A DNA stretch of 64,000 nucleotides, taken from positions 352,001 through 416,000 of the forward strand of contig CAWFAK010000009.1 of assembly GCA_963813715.1 (NCBI GenBank), given 5' to 3'. Shown here piece by piece: positions 31,828-42,856 of the stretch. The notes below the pieces were generated by a model, which worked only from the letters and a program-made list of their open reading frames with translations, did no database searches and was not told the DNA's origin. Made by a program: the position numbers and the translations under genes. Every line of letters starts with the position of its first letter. Position 1 is the first letter of the stretch. This DNA comes from an uncultured Planctomycetaceae bacterium. Lineage in GTDB: Bacteria; Planctomycetota; Planctomycetia; Planctomycetales; Planctomycetaceae.

Positions 31828-33240
31828 ACGGGCCCCTCGTCGAAGAGCTCGCTGCCGTTCCGGAGATCGCCGACGCGCTGGCCGCATTTTCCGATCAGCC
31901 CGGTCTGATTCTGTTCGATAGCGCCCTCGTGCGCGAGCCGACGGGGCGGTTCGCGTTTCTCGCCGCTGATCCCTTTGAGACGTTCGTCGTCGACCGGGCC
32001 GTGTTCGGTCACGATCCGTTCGCGCAAATTCATCGGCGGCTTACCGAACTCGAGATCGATAGTGTTCCGGGGCTGCCCCCGTTCCATGGCGGTGCGGCCG
32101 GTCTGTTGTCGTACGAGCTGGGGACCGCGTTCGAGCGGATTCCTCGCGCGAAGCACGATGAATTCCGGTTGCCGGACCTGGCCGTCGGACTTTACGACTG
32201 GGTCATCGCCTGGGACCAACGTGAGCGTCGGGCGTGGATTGTGTCGCAAGGCTTTCCCGCGACCAGTCCCCCGGAGCGCGAACGACGAGCCCGGCAGCGT
32301 CTCGACTTTGTGCGGAGTCGTTTGGCGTCTCCCGCTGCGGCCCGACCCGTCTCTTCTTCGGCCGCCGCTTTGCCCGTTCACGCTCTGGCACCCCAGTTTC
32401 CGGCCCCCGGCCTCGATGGGCTGACCAGCAATTTTTCGCGCGAAGCCTACATCCGGGCCGTCGAGCGGACGATCGAGTGGATCTTCGCCGGCGACATCTT
32501 TCAGGCGAACCTCTCGCAACGGTTGCTGTACCCGGCACACGTCGATCCGATCACGCTGGCCGGGAAACTGCGCTCGATGTAATCCGGCGCCCTTCGGCGG
32601 CGTGTTTCTCTTCGACGACTGGGCCCTGGTCAGCGCTTCGCCCGAGCGATTCGTGCAGGTGCGGGGAGCGGAGGTCGAAACGCGGCCGATCAAGGGCACG
32701 CGGCGGCGGCCGCCCACTCCCGAGGCGGACCTCTTCACGCGGGACGAGCTGCGAGAGAGCCAGAAGGACCAGGCGGAAAACGTGATGATCGTGGACCTCC
32801 TGCGAAACGATCTCTCGCGAGTCTGTGCGCCCGGCTCGATCCGCGTGCCCCAACTCTGCAGCGTGGAAACGTACGAGACTGTCCAGCACCTCGTCTCCGA
32901 AGTCCGCGGCCGACTGGAGGAGAAACGCACCGTCTGGGACTTGTGGCGGGCCGTGTTCCCGGGAGGATCGATCACCGGCGCGCCGAAAGTGCGGGCAATG
33001 GAGATCATCGCCGAATTGGAGCCGACGGTCCGCGGGCCGTATTGCGGGAGCCTGTTCTACGTCGGCTATGACGGCTCGTGCGACAGCAGCATCTTGATTC
33101 GCACGTTTGTCTGTCGGCGGGGGTGGATTGCCTGCGGTGTGGGGGGCGGCATCGTTGCCGATTCCGATCCGGCCGCCGAATATGAAGAGACGCTGCACAA
33201 AGCAGCCGGCATGCTGCGGGCACTGGGCCCGCTCAAGTGA
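31824..33240 (+). CDS. pabB: Aminodeoxychorismate synthase component I (frameshift near 32578)
   Basis: [57 protein letters not shown]. Confidence 0.9.
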
Positions 33241-33246
33241 GCGGCG

Positions 33247-33915
33247 ATGATCCTGCTGATCGATAACTACGACAGCTTCGTCTACAACCTGGCGCGCTAT
33301 TTGCGCGAAATGGGCTGCTTGACGCAGGTCGTCCGCAACGACGCCTTGTCTCTGGACGACGTTCGGAAGCTGTCACCCCGGGCCATCGTCATTTCCCCCG
33401 GCCCCTGTAGCCCGGCAGAAGCCGGCATCTCGGTCGAGCTCGTGCAGGCGTTCGCCGATCGCATCCCCATTTTGGGCGTCTGTTTGGGACATCAAGCCAT
33501 CGGCGCCGCGCTCGGTGGCGAGGTCGCCCGCGCGCCCGCGCCGGTTCACGGGATACGCTGCCGCATCAACCACGACAGCACCGGACTGTTCGCCGACCTG
33601 CCAACACCGCTGTGGGCGGGCCGTTATCACTCGCTGTGCGTGGTCGAACAGAGTCTGCCCGAGTCGCTCCTTGTCACGGCCCGCAGCGATGATGGCGTGG
33701 TGATGGGGGTGGCCCACACGTCACTGCCAGTGTTCGGCGTGCAGTTTCACCCCGAATCGGTCCTGACGCAATCGGGCCACCAGCTGTTGTCGAATTTTCT
33801 GGCGGCGGCCGGCGTGCCGCACACGGTGCCGCCGATTGGCGATTATCAACCCGCGGCGGAACAGAGCGACGCCTATGTGATACCCGCGAACGCCGTGACC
33901 CCAATCACGTGGTGA
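33247..33915 (+). CDS. pabA: Aminodeoxychorismate/anthranilate synthase component II
   Basis: IDNYDSF, SPGP, GVCLGHQ, RYHSL, QFHPES. Confidence 0.92.
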   Translation: MILLIDNYDSFVYNLARYLREMGCLTQVVRNDALSLDDVRKLSPRAIVISPGPCSPAEAGISVELVQAFADRIPILGVCLGHQAIGAALGGEVARAPAPVHGIRCRINHDSTGLFADLPTPLWAGRYHSLCVVEQSLPESLLVTARSDDGVVMGVAHTSLPVFGVQFHPESVLTQSGHQLLSNFLAAAGVPHTVPPIGDYQPAAEQSDAYVIPANAVTPITW

Positions 33916-33922
33916 CTCGTCG

Positions 33923-34783
33923 TTAAATTGCCGGCGCGCCGACTGCGTGCGGCAGGCCCGTCTCGATGGTCGGAAAACGCCAGACGTCGCCCAGCTCGGA
34001 CTTCACTCGCGCGTTCGAGCAACGCTTGTTCAAACCGGCGGCCCGGCTCGCGTTTGCCTCGAACTGAAAGACCGGCTCGCTCGCGCCGACCAGCCGGGCG
34101 AGTAGCGAGTAATACTCCCGCCGCCGGACCGGGCGATCGTCCGTGACCAGGTAGGTGGGCTCAATCGTCTCGCGCCGAGCCAGTCGGTTGATAATGGCCG
34201 CGCCGTCGTCGACGTGGATCAGATTCAAGTAGCCGTCCGGGTTGGCATTAATCGGCTCGCCGCTCCGCACAGCTTCGATGCGACGCAGCAAGCGTCCCGG
34301 GCCATAGATGCCTGAAAAACGCAGGACCGTCGCGACTCCGACAGGGCACACTTGGCGCACGGTCGCCTCCGCGGCCAGCACGATCTGCCCGTCTTCGGTC
34401 TGTGGGGAAGTCGACGAGGTCTCGTCGACCACCTCGCCGGCGTCTTGCCCGTAGACGCTGGTGCTGGAGACGTAGAGCAACCGCCCGACGTTCGGGGTGA
34501 TCTGTTGTAGAACCTCGGACAGCCCCCGGACACAGACGTCTCGTTTGGATGCAGTCGCGTGACGATCGTAGCCGACGGCGTAGAGTGTGACGTCAGCCGA
34601 CGGAAGCGTCCGCAACGTCTCGGGAAGAAGCACGTCGCCGACAATCGGCTCGATTCCCTGCTCGGCCAAAGCCGCGGCGTTTGCCGGCGAGCGGGTGAGG
34701 GCGCTGACCTGCATTCCTTCGCGAAGCCAGAGTGCCGCGACGCGTCGACCCAGATACCCGCAGCCGATCACGAGGGCCCGCAT
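33923..34783 (-). CDS. NAD-dependent epimerase/dehydratase (YeeZ-like)
   Basis: IGCGYLG, YVSSTSVYG, LRFSGIYGPGR, NLIHVDD. Confidence 0.88.
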   Translation of the reverse strand: MRALVIGCGYLGRRVAALWLREGMQVSALTRSPANAAALAEQGIEPIVGDVLLPETLRTLPSADVTLYAVGYDRHATASKRDVCVRGLSEVLQQITPNVGRLLYVSSTSVYGQDAGEVVDETSSTSPQTEDGQIVLAAEATVRQVCPVGVATVLRFSGIYGPGRLLRRIEAVRSGEPINANPDGYLNLIHVDDGAAIINRLARRETIEPTYLVTDDRPVRRREYYSLLARLVGASEPVFQFEANASRAAGLNKRCSNARVKSELGDVWRFPTIETGLPHAVGAPAI

Positions 34784-35551
34784 CAGCGCCCCAACGGTTC
34801 GAGGAATTGCCGCGAGGCCTGCATCACGTATTGCTCCGCCCCGCCGAAGCCGATCGCCCGATAGCCTTCGTTCTGCGCCCATTTGGCCTCGTCGACGCTG
34901 CCGACGGGAAAACCGGCAGCGACGCCGTGCCGCTGGCAGGCGCGCAGTACCTTCTGCGCCGCCTCCAGCACGCGCGGATGTTGCCGCCGGCCGGGCACCT
35001 CGTAGGCCATCGCCAGGTCGCCGGTGCCGACCCAAAGCACGTCGATACCGCAGGGGGCGATTTCTTCGATGGCCTCCACCCCTTCGGGGTCTTCGATCAA
35101 GGCCAACAGCAGAACCGTGTCGTTGATCGTCGAGAAGTATTCGTCCAGCGGCACGCGCCCCCAGAATGTGCCGCGTCCCGGTCCGAAGCCGCGATTACCC
35201 AACGGCGGATAAAGGGCGGCCGAACGCAGCCGCTTCGCGTCGGCAGCGATTGCGGCAGTGCGGCAACAAGATGCCCTGCGCTCCAAGGTCGAGGGCGTGC
35301 ATCACCGCCTCGGGATCATCGTTGCGGAGCACGCGGACGATCGGCACCGTGTCGCCAGCAAAGCAGCCCTGCACCAGTCGATCGATGGTCGTGGCGTCGG
35401 CTGTGCCATGCTCGCCGTCGAGCAGCACGAAGTCAAAACCGGCGTAGCCGAGCAGCTCGCACAGCCCGGGCTCCGGCAAACGCACCGAGCTGGTCAGCAG
35501 AGTGTCGCCCGCGTTGAGGCGTTCCTTGGCCCGATTGCGACGAACTTGCAC
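34783..35551 (-). CDS. HpcH/HpaI aldolase family protein (frameshift near 35255)
   Basis: GFDFVLLDGEHG, ALDLGAQGI, YPPLGNRGFG, LIEDPEG, VGTGDL. Confidence 0.88.
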
Positions 35552-35589
35552 GTTTCTCGAACTCCGTTTGCTGCGGTCGCGTTTGACGG

Positions 35590-36102
35590 CTATCGAGTCT
35601 GGTTGATGGCGGGTGCCAACTCGCCCGCGGCGTGCAAAACCGTTTCCAATCCACTCACGAGCCGCTCGACGACCGGACCCTCGGGCGGCACCTGCCGAAT
35701 AATCTGGACGTGTCCGCTGGCGAGCGTCTCGTGCAGCTCTCGAACCCGACTCAACATTGCCTGGCGAAAATCTGCAAGCTCCGCCGGATCCAGATCATGC
35801 CGGAGCAGCACCGCAGCGTCCGGCTCATCCTCGCGAGTGAGCTGTGCCAGCCCGCCACCTTGCGTGCGAAAGAGCCGACCATCGACGACGGCCCGCCGCA
35901 AACGACCCTGGTCATCGAACTGGTAGTAGGGATCGTCACCCCAATAGACTGTCAGGAAGCCATTCGGGCGGAAACCGGCGACGATCGTTGGTGAGCCAGC
36001 CGGCGTTAGCAGCTCGACCCGTTCGGTGAGCGCAACGGCCTCCCGCATCGGGTCTCCGGAATTCGCGTTTCGATCTCGGGGATTTGCGTGGTCGCGGCGC
36101 AT
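35590..36102 (-). CDS. Hypothetical protein
   Basis: REAVALTERVEL...DDPYYQFDDQGRLRRA; coherent ORF, start uncertain. Confidence 0.65.
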   Translation of the reverse strand: MRRDHANPRDRNANSGDPMREAVALTERVELLTPAGSPTIVAGFRPNGFLTVYWGDDPYYQFDDQGRLRRAVVDGRLFRTQGGGLAQLTREDEPDAAVLLRHDLDPAELADFRQAMLSRVRELHETLASGHVQIIRQVPPEGPVVERLVSGLETVLHAAGELAPAINQTR

Positions 36103-36502
36103 CGTTCCGAAATTTTAGTACCAGTGTCGGCAGAATCCCACGAATCGCCGGAATCCCCGACGCGAGCAGGGTTCCCTGTTGACAAACGTATCGCCTTACT
36201 TCACCTTGTTCGATTACCGGCGGCCTTTCGTGGCCGAGAAGGCTGGGTCTGGAATACGGCCCCAGCCGGAATACAGTCGCCGAACCGTCGTTTCTGACGG
36301 CCGTTCGATCACTAAATCTTGCAGGGATAGTCATTTACAGAAATTCTGGCCTCGCCGGCTTTACCGGTACGGCGGCCCAAAAGATGCTCGGTAAATGACG
36401 GGCGGAACAAGACCGCTGCGGGCCAATCATCGCGGGATGACTTACAATGGAGGGTGCGTCGGCTAAGGGGAAGAGCCTCGCTGCGCCACGCGGAGTTCGT
36501 GA

Positions 36503-37666
36503 ATGTCGACCGCCATGTGGAAGCCCGCCGGTCCAATGTCCTCAGCGGAATTTCAAACCGTTGATTCGGACCGGCTTGCCGATATCCAGCACAAACACGC
36601 TGCGGTCAAGCAGCTCTTGGCGGCGCGGCAGCTCGACGCCATCCTGCTGCAGCGCCCGCTGAACTTTGCCTGGTTCACTTCCGGCGGCGACTGTTCGCGC
36701 GGCGGATCGTCCGACGCGTCGGCGGCTCTTTTCGTTACGCCCGAAGCGCGGGTCGTGGTCACCAGCAACGCCGAGTCGGCCCAGTTGTTCGATCGCGAGT
36801 TGCAGGGACTCGGCTTCCAGCTCAAGGAACGTCCCTGGCACGAGCCGCGAACCACCTTGATGGACGATTTGTGCCGCGGTCGCAACGTCGCCAGCGACGC
36901 ACGGTTCAACGGCACTCCCGATATCAGCACACCGCTCAAGCCGTTGCGGATGCCGCTGACCTCGATCGAGTGTCGCAAGCTTCGCGAATTGGGACCGGCG
37001 CTGGCGCACGCAGTCGAAGCCACGTGCCGCAACTGCGACGTCGGGCAAAGTGAATGCGATATCGCCGGCGAAGTCGCGCACCGCATGATCCGCCATCAGA
37101 TTTATCCCGAGCGGATCCAGGTGTGCGCCGACGGACGAGCCGGCACGTATCCGCACTGGACGTTCGGTTCCGAAACGGTGCAGCGCTCGGTGGCCGTTAC
37201 GGCGATCGGCCGCAGGGCCGGGTTGTGCCTGGGCGTTTCGCGCACGGTCTCCTTCGGCGCACCCCCGACCGAACTGCAGAACGATCACCACAAGGCCTCG
37301 CTGATTCAAGCCAGCGGCATGTTCTTCACGCAGGCGAATTTCGCCATGTTCGAGATCTGGAACCGCGTCGCGAGAATCTACGAAAAGTTCAAGTGCGACG
37401 ATTCGTGGGAGCGGACCGAGCAGGCCGAGGTCATCGGCTATGAACTGGCCGAATATCCGCTCGTGCCCCGCAGCGAATTCCAGATCACGCCGCGGATGCC
37501 CGTCTATTGGCACCCGGCCGTCGGCGCGGCAATGTCCGGCGATTCGATTCTGGTCGGCGAAGGCGAGTTCGAGGTGCTCACCCCGGCCGAAGGCTGGCCC
37601 AAGGTCAAAGTGGTCGTCAAAGGGACCACGATCTATCGGCCGGACATCCTCGTGCGGACGTCGTAG
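36503..37666 (+). CDS. M24 (Xaa-Pro peptidase/creatinase)-like protein
   Basis: DAILL..NFAWFTSG N-domain; SECDIAG, SRTVSFG, WHPAV..DSILV, RPDIL. Confidence 0.7.
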   Translation: MSTAMWKPAGPMSSAEFQTVDSDRLADIQHKHAAVKQLLAARQLDAILLQRPLNFAWFTSGGDCSRGGSSDASAALFVTPEARVVVTSNAESAQLFDRELQGLGFQLKERPWHEPRTTLMDDLCRGRNVASDARFNGTPDISTPLKPLRMPLTSIECRKLRELGPALAHAVEATCRNCDVGQSECDIAGEVAHRMIRHQIYPERIQVCADGRAGTYPHWTFGSETVQRSVAVTAIGRRAGLCLGVSRTVSFGAPPTELQNDHHKASLIQASGMFFTQANFAMFEIWNRVARIYEKFKCDDSWERTEQAEVIGYELAEYPLVPRSEFQITPRMPVYWHPAVGAAMSGDSILVGEGEFEVLTPAEGWPKVKVVVKGTTIYRPDILVRTS

Positions 37667-37691
37667 GCATCAGAGCTCGGAAGCCTGGCGC

Positions 37692-38696
37692 TCAAACGAC
37701 TTTGGCGTTGATCCAGGGCATCATCGCCCGCAGCTCTTTGCCGACCTTTTCGATCTGGTGCTCGCGGTCGCGGCGGCGCATGGCCTGGAAGGTCGGCTGA
37801 TTTGCCTTGTTTTCGAGGATCCACTCCTTCGCGAATTGGCCGGATTGGATCTCGTGCAGGATCTTCTTCATTTCCTGCTTGGTCTCTTCGGTGACGATCC
37901 GCGGACCGCGGGTGTAGTCGCCGAACTCAGCCGTGTTGGAGACGCTGTACCGCATGTAGTTGAGGCCGCCCTGATAGAATAGGTCGACGATCAGCTTCAA
38001 TTCATGCATGCACTCGAAGAAGGCCATCTCCGGCTGATAACCGGCCTCGACGAGCGTCTCGAAGGCCGCCTTCACGAGCGCGCTCACGCCGCCGCAGAGC
38101 ACGCACTGCTCGCCGAATAGATCGGTCTCGGTTTCCTCAGCGAAAGTCGTTTCGATGACGCCGCCGCGCGTGCCGCCGATTCCCTTGGCGTAGGCTAAGC
38201 CCAATTTGCGGGCTTGGTCCGAAGCCCCCTTGCCCAGCGCGATCAGGCAGGGAACGCCGCCACCTTTGACGTACTCACTGCGAACGAGGTGCCCTGGCCC
38301 TTTGGGCGCGACGAGTGCCGAATCGACGCCTTCCGGCGGAATGACCTGGCCGAAATGGATGTTGAAGCCGTGCGAGCACAACAGCAGGTTGCCCTTCTGC
38401 AGGTTCGGGCGAATCTCGGCACGGAACAGGTCGCCCTGCACTTCGTCGGGCAGCAGGATGTTGACGATGTCGGCAGCCTTGGTCGCCTCGGCCAGTGACG
38501 CCGGTTGGAAGCCATGAGAGACGGCAAGTTCGTAGTTCGCGCTGCCCGGGCGCTGACCGATGATCACCTTGCAACCGCTGTCGCGGAGATTCTGCGCCTG
38601 AGCATGTCCCTGGCTACCGTAGCCCAAAATGGCAATCGTCTTGTTCTTGAGCAGCGACAGGTCGGCATCGTCTTCGTAATAGATTTTGGCGGGCAT
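37692..38696 (-). CDS. ilvC: Ketol-acid reductoisomerase
   Basis: [32 protein letters not shown]. Confidence 0.98.
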   Translation of the reverse strand: MPAKIYYEDDADLSLLKNKTIAILGYGSQGHAQAQNLRDSGCKVIIGQRPGSANYELAVSHGFQPASLAEATKAADIVNILLPDEVQGDLFRAEIRPNLQKGNLLLCSHGFNIHFGQVIPPEGVDSALVAPKGPGHLVRSEYVKGGGVPCLIALGKGASDQARKLGLAYAKGIGGTRGGVIETTFAEETETDLFGEQCVLCGGVSALVKAAFETLVEAGYQPEMAFFECMHELKLIVDLFYQGGLNYMRYSVSNTAEFGDYTRGPRIVTEETKQEMKKILHEIQSGQFAKEWILENKANQPTFQAMRRRDREHQIEKVGKELRAMMPWINAKVV

Positions 38697-38756
38697 AATC
38701 GTGCCTCTGTGTGGAGGAATTGACTGCTTTTGAGGAGGGGCGAGACCGCTCGACGA

Positions 38757-39311
38757 TCAGGCGGACTCGGGCCGCTCGGCCGATTCGGGAGTCTCGACCC
38801 CCGGTCGCTCGCCGACGGGGCCGTCGACGGTAAAGGCCGCGTCGCGGAGCATGGCGATTCGGCCCGTGCGGACCATTTCCAAAATTCCGAACGGACGCAT
38901 CTGCTCGATGAACGCCTCGATCTTGCTCTCGCGGCCGGAAATTTCGACCATCACGTGCTCGGGGCTGACGTCGACGATGCGGGCCCGGAAGATCTCGCTC
39001 AGCTCCTTGATCTGCGAGCGGCTGCCGTCCTTGCTGCTGATTTTCATCAACATCAAGTCGCGCTCGACGTAATCCTTCGCGGAAAAGTCGAGCACCTTGA
39101 CGACCGTGACGATCTTCTCGAGCTGCTTGCGCACCTGGTCGAGGACCCGGTCGTTGCCGTTGACGACGAACGTGATCCGGGAAAAGCTCGGGTTTTCGGT
39201 CGCGCCGACCGCCAGGCTGTCGATGTTGAAGGCCCGAGACGCCAGCATCTGAGAAATGTGGGCCAGGACCCCGGGCTGATTCATGACCAGCGCCGAGAGA
39301 ACGTGTCGCAT
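38757..39311 (-). CDS. ilvN: Acetolactate synthase small subunit
   Basis: NQPGVL..FNIDSL ACT domain, QLEKIV, ERDLML, EMVRTG. Confidence 0.95.
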   Translation of the reverse strand: MRHVLSALVMNQPGVLAHISQMLASRAFNIDSLAVGATENPSFSRITFVVNGNDRVLDQVRKQLEKIVTVVKVLDFSAKDYVERDLMLMKISSKDGSRSQIKELSEIFRARIVDVSPEHVMVEISGRESKIEAFIEQMRPFGILEMVRTGRIAMLRDAAFTVDGPVGERPGVETPESAERPESA

Positions 39312-39468
39312 AAAAAGCCTTCACCACTAACGGATTGACGGCCGACCCCCGGCCCGCGCCGCCTCGAAAGGGCAAGTTTAGAGGAGCCGCCGAGCCTTCA
39401 CAACCAAATGGCTCGAATCGGCTTGCGCGAGATGAAATCCGCGCGGGGGGCTGTTATCTTCTCACGAA

Positions 39469-39855
39469 ATGAACTGGTTTCGACACGCCTTTGCGCTCGA
39501 TCCCCCTGGCCCCCTCGAACCGACCGTCGAGGAACGGGAGGTGGTCGAGCGGCTTTGTCGAATTCTGGCTCGGCGGCGGATGCAGACCCCCGCGATCACT
39601 TTTTTGGAAATGTCGCGACCGCTCAACCGGGTTGCGGCGCAGGTCCTGTATTTCTTTCACCCCGTCGCCTCGCTTGCGCTGACAGGTGACGACTACAACC
39701 GGTTCGCGCAATTCCTCGAAAAGTCCGGCTCGATCGACTATTTGTGCCGGCGACTCGAGGACCTGTCCGCGAAGGCCGACGCTCGCACGACGACCTCTCT
39801 CCCCGAGCCGTCGCCCGTCGAGGACAATTCGGCCGCCGCTCCGCCGCGCGAATGA
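39469..39855 (+). CDS. Small conserved hypothetical protein (first gene of GlmL-like operon)
   Basis: PAITFLEMSRPLN motif; ends 9 bp before the glmL-like gene. Confidence 0.7.
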   Translation: MNWFRHAFALDPPGPLEPTVEEREVVERLCRILARRRMQTPAITFLEMSRPLNRVAAQVLYFFHPVASLALTGDDYNRFAQFLEKSGSIDYLCRRLEDLSAKADARTTTSLPEPSPVEDNSAAAPPRE

Positions 39856-39864
39856 CGCAAGCCG

Positions 39865-41668
39865 ATGGATCTCGACAAAATCAACGTCATCTTCGCGACC
39901 GACTGCGGTAGCACCACCACCAAAGCCATCCTCATCGAGAAGGTGGGCGACGGCTACCGCCAAACGTACCGCGGCGAAGCCCCCACCACCGTCGAGGAGC
40001 CGGTCGCCGACGTGACTGTCGGCGTGATCAATGCGGCGACCGAGGTGGGCGAGCTGGCCGGCCGGCGGCTGGTGAACGAGCAGGGAGAGTTGATCCGTCC
40101 GGCCCGCGGCAACGAGGGCTGCGACATCTACATCTCGACATCGAGCGCCGGCGGCGGCCTGCAGATGATGGTCGCCGGCATCGTTCGCGAAATGACCGCG
40201 GCCAGCGCCAAGCGGGCCGCGCTCGGGGCCGGGGCCATCGTCATGGACGTGATCGCCGCCAACGACAAGCGGCTCCCCCACGAGCAAATTCAGCGCATCC
40301 GCGAGCTGCGGCCCGACATGATTCTGCTCTCGGGCGGCACCGACGGTGGCAACACGGCCAAAGTGGTCGAAATCGCCGAACGGATTGCCCCGGCCCGACC
40401 GCGGCCGCGGTTCGGCACGAATTACCAGATGCCGTTGATCTACGCCGGCAATCAGGACGCGAGCGAACTCGTCCGCGACGCGCTGGGCGATAGCGTCGAG
40501 CTCTTCGTAGTCCCCAACCTGCGACCAGTGCTCGAGCGCGAAAACCTGGGGCCCGCGCGCGACCGCATTCACGATATCTTTCTCGAACACGTGATGGCCC
40601 ACGCCCCCGGCTACGACAAGCTGATTCGCTGGGCGGACGCACCCATCATGCCGACGCCCGGCGCCGTGGGCGACATTCTGCAGATGATCGCCAAGAAGGA
40701 AGGGATCAACGCGGTCGGCGTCGACATCGGCGGGGCGACCACCGACGTCTTCAGCGTCTTCTCCGGGCACGTTCAACCGCACCGTGAGCGCCAACCTGGG
40801 GATGAGCTATTCGATCTCCAACGTCTGCGCCGAAACCGGGATGGCCAACATTCTGCGGTGGGTGCACGTCGACATGAACGAGCGCACGCTCCGCAACCGG
40901 GTCAAGAACAAGATGATCCGGCCGACCACCATTCCGCAGACGCTCGAGGCGCTTATCTTCGAGCAGGCAGTCTCACGCGAGGCGCTGCGGCTGGCGTACG
41001 CACAGCACAAGGAATTCGCGACGACGCTCAAGGGCGTGCAGCAGCAGCGGACGGTCGGCGATCTGTTCAGCCAGGGGGGAGCCGGGCAGTCGATCGTCGA
41101 CAACATGGCGCTCGACCTGTTGGTGGCCTCTGGCGGCGTTCTCTCCCACGCCCCACGGATGGAACAAACGGCCGCCATGTTGATCGACGCCTTCGAACCG
41201 GAAGGCATCACCACGCTCGCCAAGGACAGCATCTTCATGATGCCCCACCTGGGAGTGCTCGCGCAGGTTCATCCGCAGGCCGCGCTCGAGGTCTTCGAGC
41301 GCGATTGCCTGGTTTACTTGGGAACGTGCGTCGCTCCGAAGGGGAACGCCTCGCCCGAAAAGAAGTGCTTCGACTATCGGCTGACCGGCCCCGGACTGAA
41401 CGAAAAAGGCGAGATCCGCGTGGGCGAAATGCGGAAGATTCCCCTGGAAGCGGGAAAGCAGGCGACGATCGTCGTCGAACCGGCCCGCGGCTTCGATTGC
41501 GGAGCCGGGCCGGGCAAGCCGGTCGAACGAGAAATTCGCGGCGGTACCGTCGGCGTCATTCTCGATGGCCGCGGTCGCCCGCTCAAATTGCCGGAACAGG
41601 AATCCGAACGACGGCAACTGCTCGGCCAATGGGTCCGAGCCCTCGATCTGTATCCCCGAGGCAGTTGA
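39865..41668 (+). CDS. GlmL/MutL-family (glutamate mutase L-like) ASKHA ATPase (frameshift at 40765-40767)
   Basis: DCGSTTTKA, SSAGGGL, AALGAGA, LSGGTDGG, MPTPGAV, VDIGGATTDVFS, RTVSANLGMSYS, DGRGRP. Confidence 0.88.
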
Positions 41669-41683
41669 AGAAGCCTTCCACGC

Positions 41684-42808
41684 ATGGCTACGTATACGCC
41701 CGGTCTCAAAGTCGTCGGCCAGATTCGGCACAGGGTCCGCCGCATCCTGCCGATTGCCGGCAACGTGCTCGTGAAGGAGGGTGACCACGTCAATGCCGAG
41801 CAGGTCGTGGCCGAAACGTTCATGCCGGGGGACGTGACGCCGATCAATCTGTCGAACGTCCTCTCGATCACGGCCAGTGAAGTGAAAGGCAGCCTGCTCA
41901 AGGCGGAAGGTGAGCGGGTCGAGCCGGGCGAGGTTCTGGCACGCACCAATGGCATCTTCGGCCTCTTCAAAAACGAATACCGGACCAAGGTGGGAGGGAC
42001 GATCGAATCGGCCTCGGCCGTCACGGGGCAGGTGATCCTTCGCGGCAAGCCGATTCCCGTGCAGGTTCGCGCCTATCTGAGCGGGACCGTCGTCGAGGTC
42101 TTGCCCAACGAAGGTGTCGTCGTTGAGGCAGACGTTTCGCTGATCCAGGGGATTTTTGGCGTCGGGGGCGAAGCCTTCGGACCGCTCGCGCTGTCCTGCC
42201 GCGAGCCGAGCGAACGGCTCGATGCCGGGCAAATCACCGCCGAACACAAAGGCAAGATCGTCATTGGCGGCGGACGGATGACAGGCGCCGCCGTCCGTCA
42301 GGCCGTGAAAGTCGGTGCCGCAGCGCTCGTTTCCGGCGGCATCGACGACCAGGATCTCAAGGAGATTCTGGGCTACGACCTGGGCGTGGCCGTCACTGGC
42401 TCCGAGAAGATCGGCCTGACCCTGATCGTGACCGAAGGCTTTGGCGAGATCGCAATGGCCGAGCGGACGTTTCGCCTGCTGGCCTCGCGGAACGGTGCGC
42501 CGGCGGCCGTCAGCGGAGCCACGCAAATTCGCGCGGGCGTGCTGCGACCGGAAATCGCCATTCCGATTCAAAATGCAGGGGCGGCTGCGGTGCGCGACGA
42601 GGCGGCACTCGACTCGACGCTGCGGGTCGGGGCCAACGTGCGAATCATCCGCGATCCGCATTTCGGCGTGATCGGCAAGGTCGCCGCATTGCCTCACGAG
42701 CTGACGACGCTCGAGTCGGGATCCAAGGCGCGCGTGCTGGAAGTGGCCGTCGACGGGGCACAGCGGATCATCGTGCCACGTGCCAACGTAGAGCTGATTG
42801 AAACCTGA
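41684..42808 (+). CDS. Hypothetical protein with two barrel-sandwich hybrid-like repeats and a C-terminal KOW-like motif
   Basis: LVKEGDHVNAEQVVA and LLKAEGERVEPGEVLA; TEGFG, GATQIRAGVLRPE; VGANVRIIRDPHFG. Confidence 0.8.
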   Translation: MATYTPGLKVVGQIRHRVRRILPIAGNVLVKEGDHVNAEQVVAETFMPGDVTPINLSNVLSITASEVKGSLLKAEGERVEPGEVLARTNGIFGLFKNEYRTKVGGTIESASAVTGQVILRGKPIPVQVRAYLSGTVVEVLPNEGVVVEADVSLIQGIFGVGGEAFGPLALSCREPSERLDAGQITAEHKGKIVIGGGRMTGAAVRQAVKVGAAALVSGGIDDQDLKEILGYDLGVAVTGSEKIGLTLIVTEGFGEIAMAERTFRLLASRNGAPAAVSGATQIRAGVLRPEIAIPIQNAGAAAVRDEAALDSTLRVGANVRIIRDPHFGVIGKVAALPHELTTLESGSKARVLEVAVDGAQRIIVPRANVELIET

Positions 42809-42839
42809 CTGATCGAGATCTGACTGACCGAGATCTGAC
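42805..42839 (+). repeat. 15-bp tandem repeat, 2.3 copies
   Basis: CTGACTGATCGAGAT CTGACTGACCGAGAT CTGAC. Confidence 0.8.
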
Positions 42840-42856
42840 GGGGCGAGAACCACGAT

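Noticed and set aside
39865..41668. Calling the region a glutamate mutase operon or DNA-repair mutL
   Set aside because: No GlmE/GlmS or B12-binding motif nearby, and the protein is ASKHA-fold rather than GHKL.
40973..42853. Long antisense ORFs (for example 626 aa here, and 57976-59814, 28336-30039)
   Set aside because: Shadow ORFs of real genes, expected in high-GC DNA.
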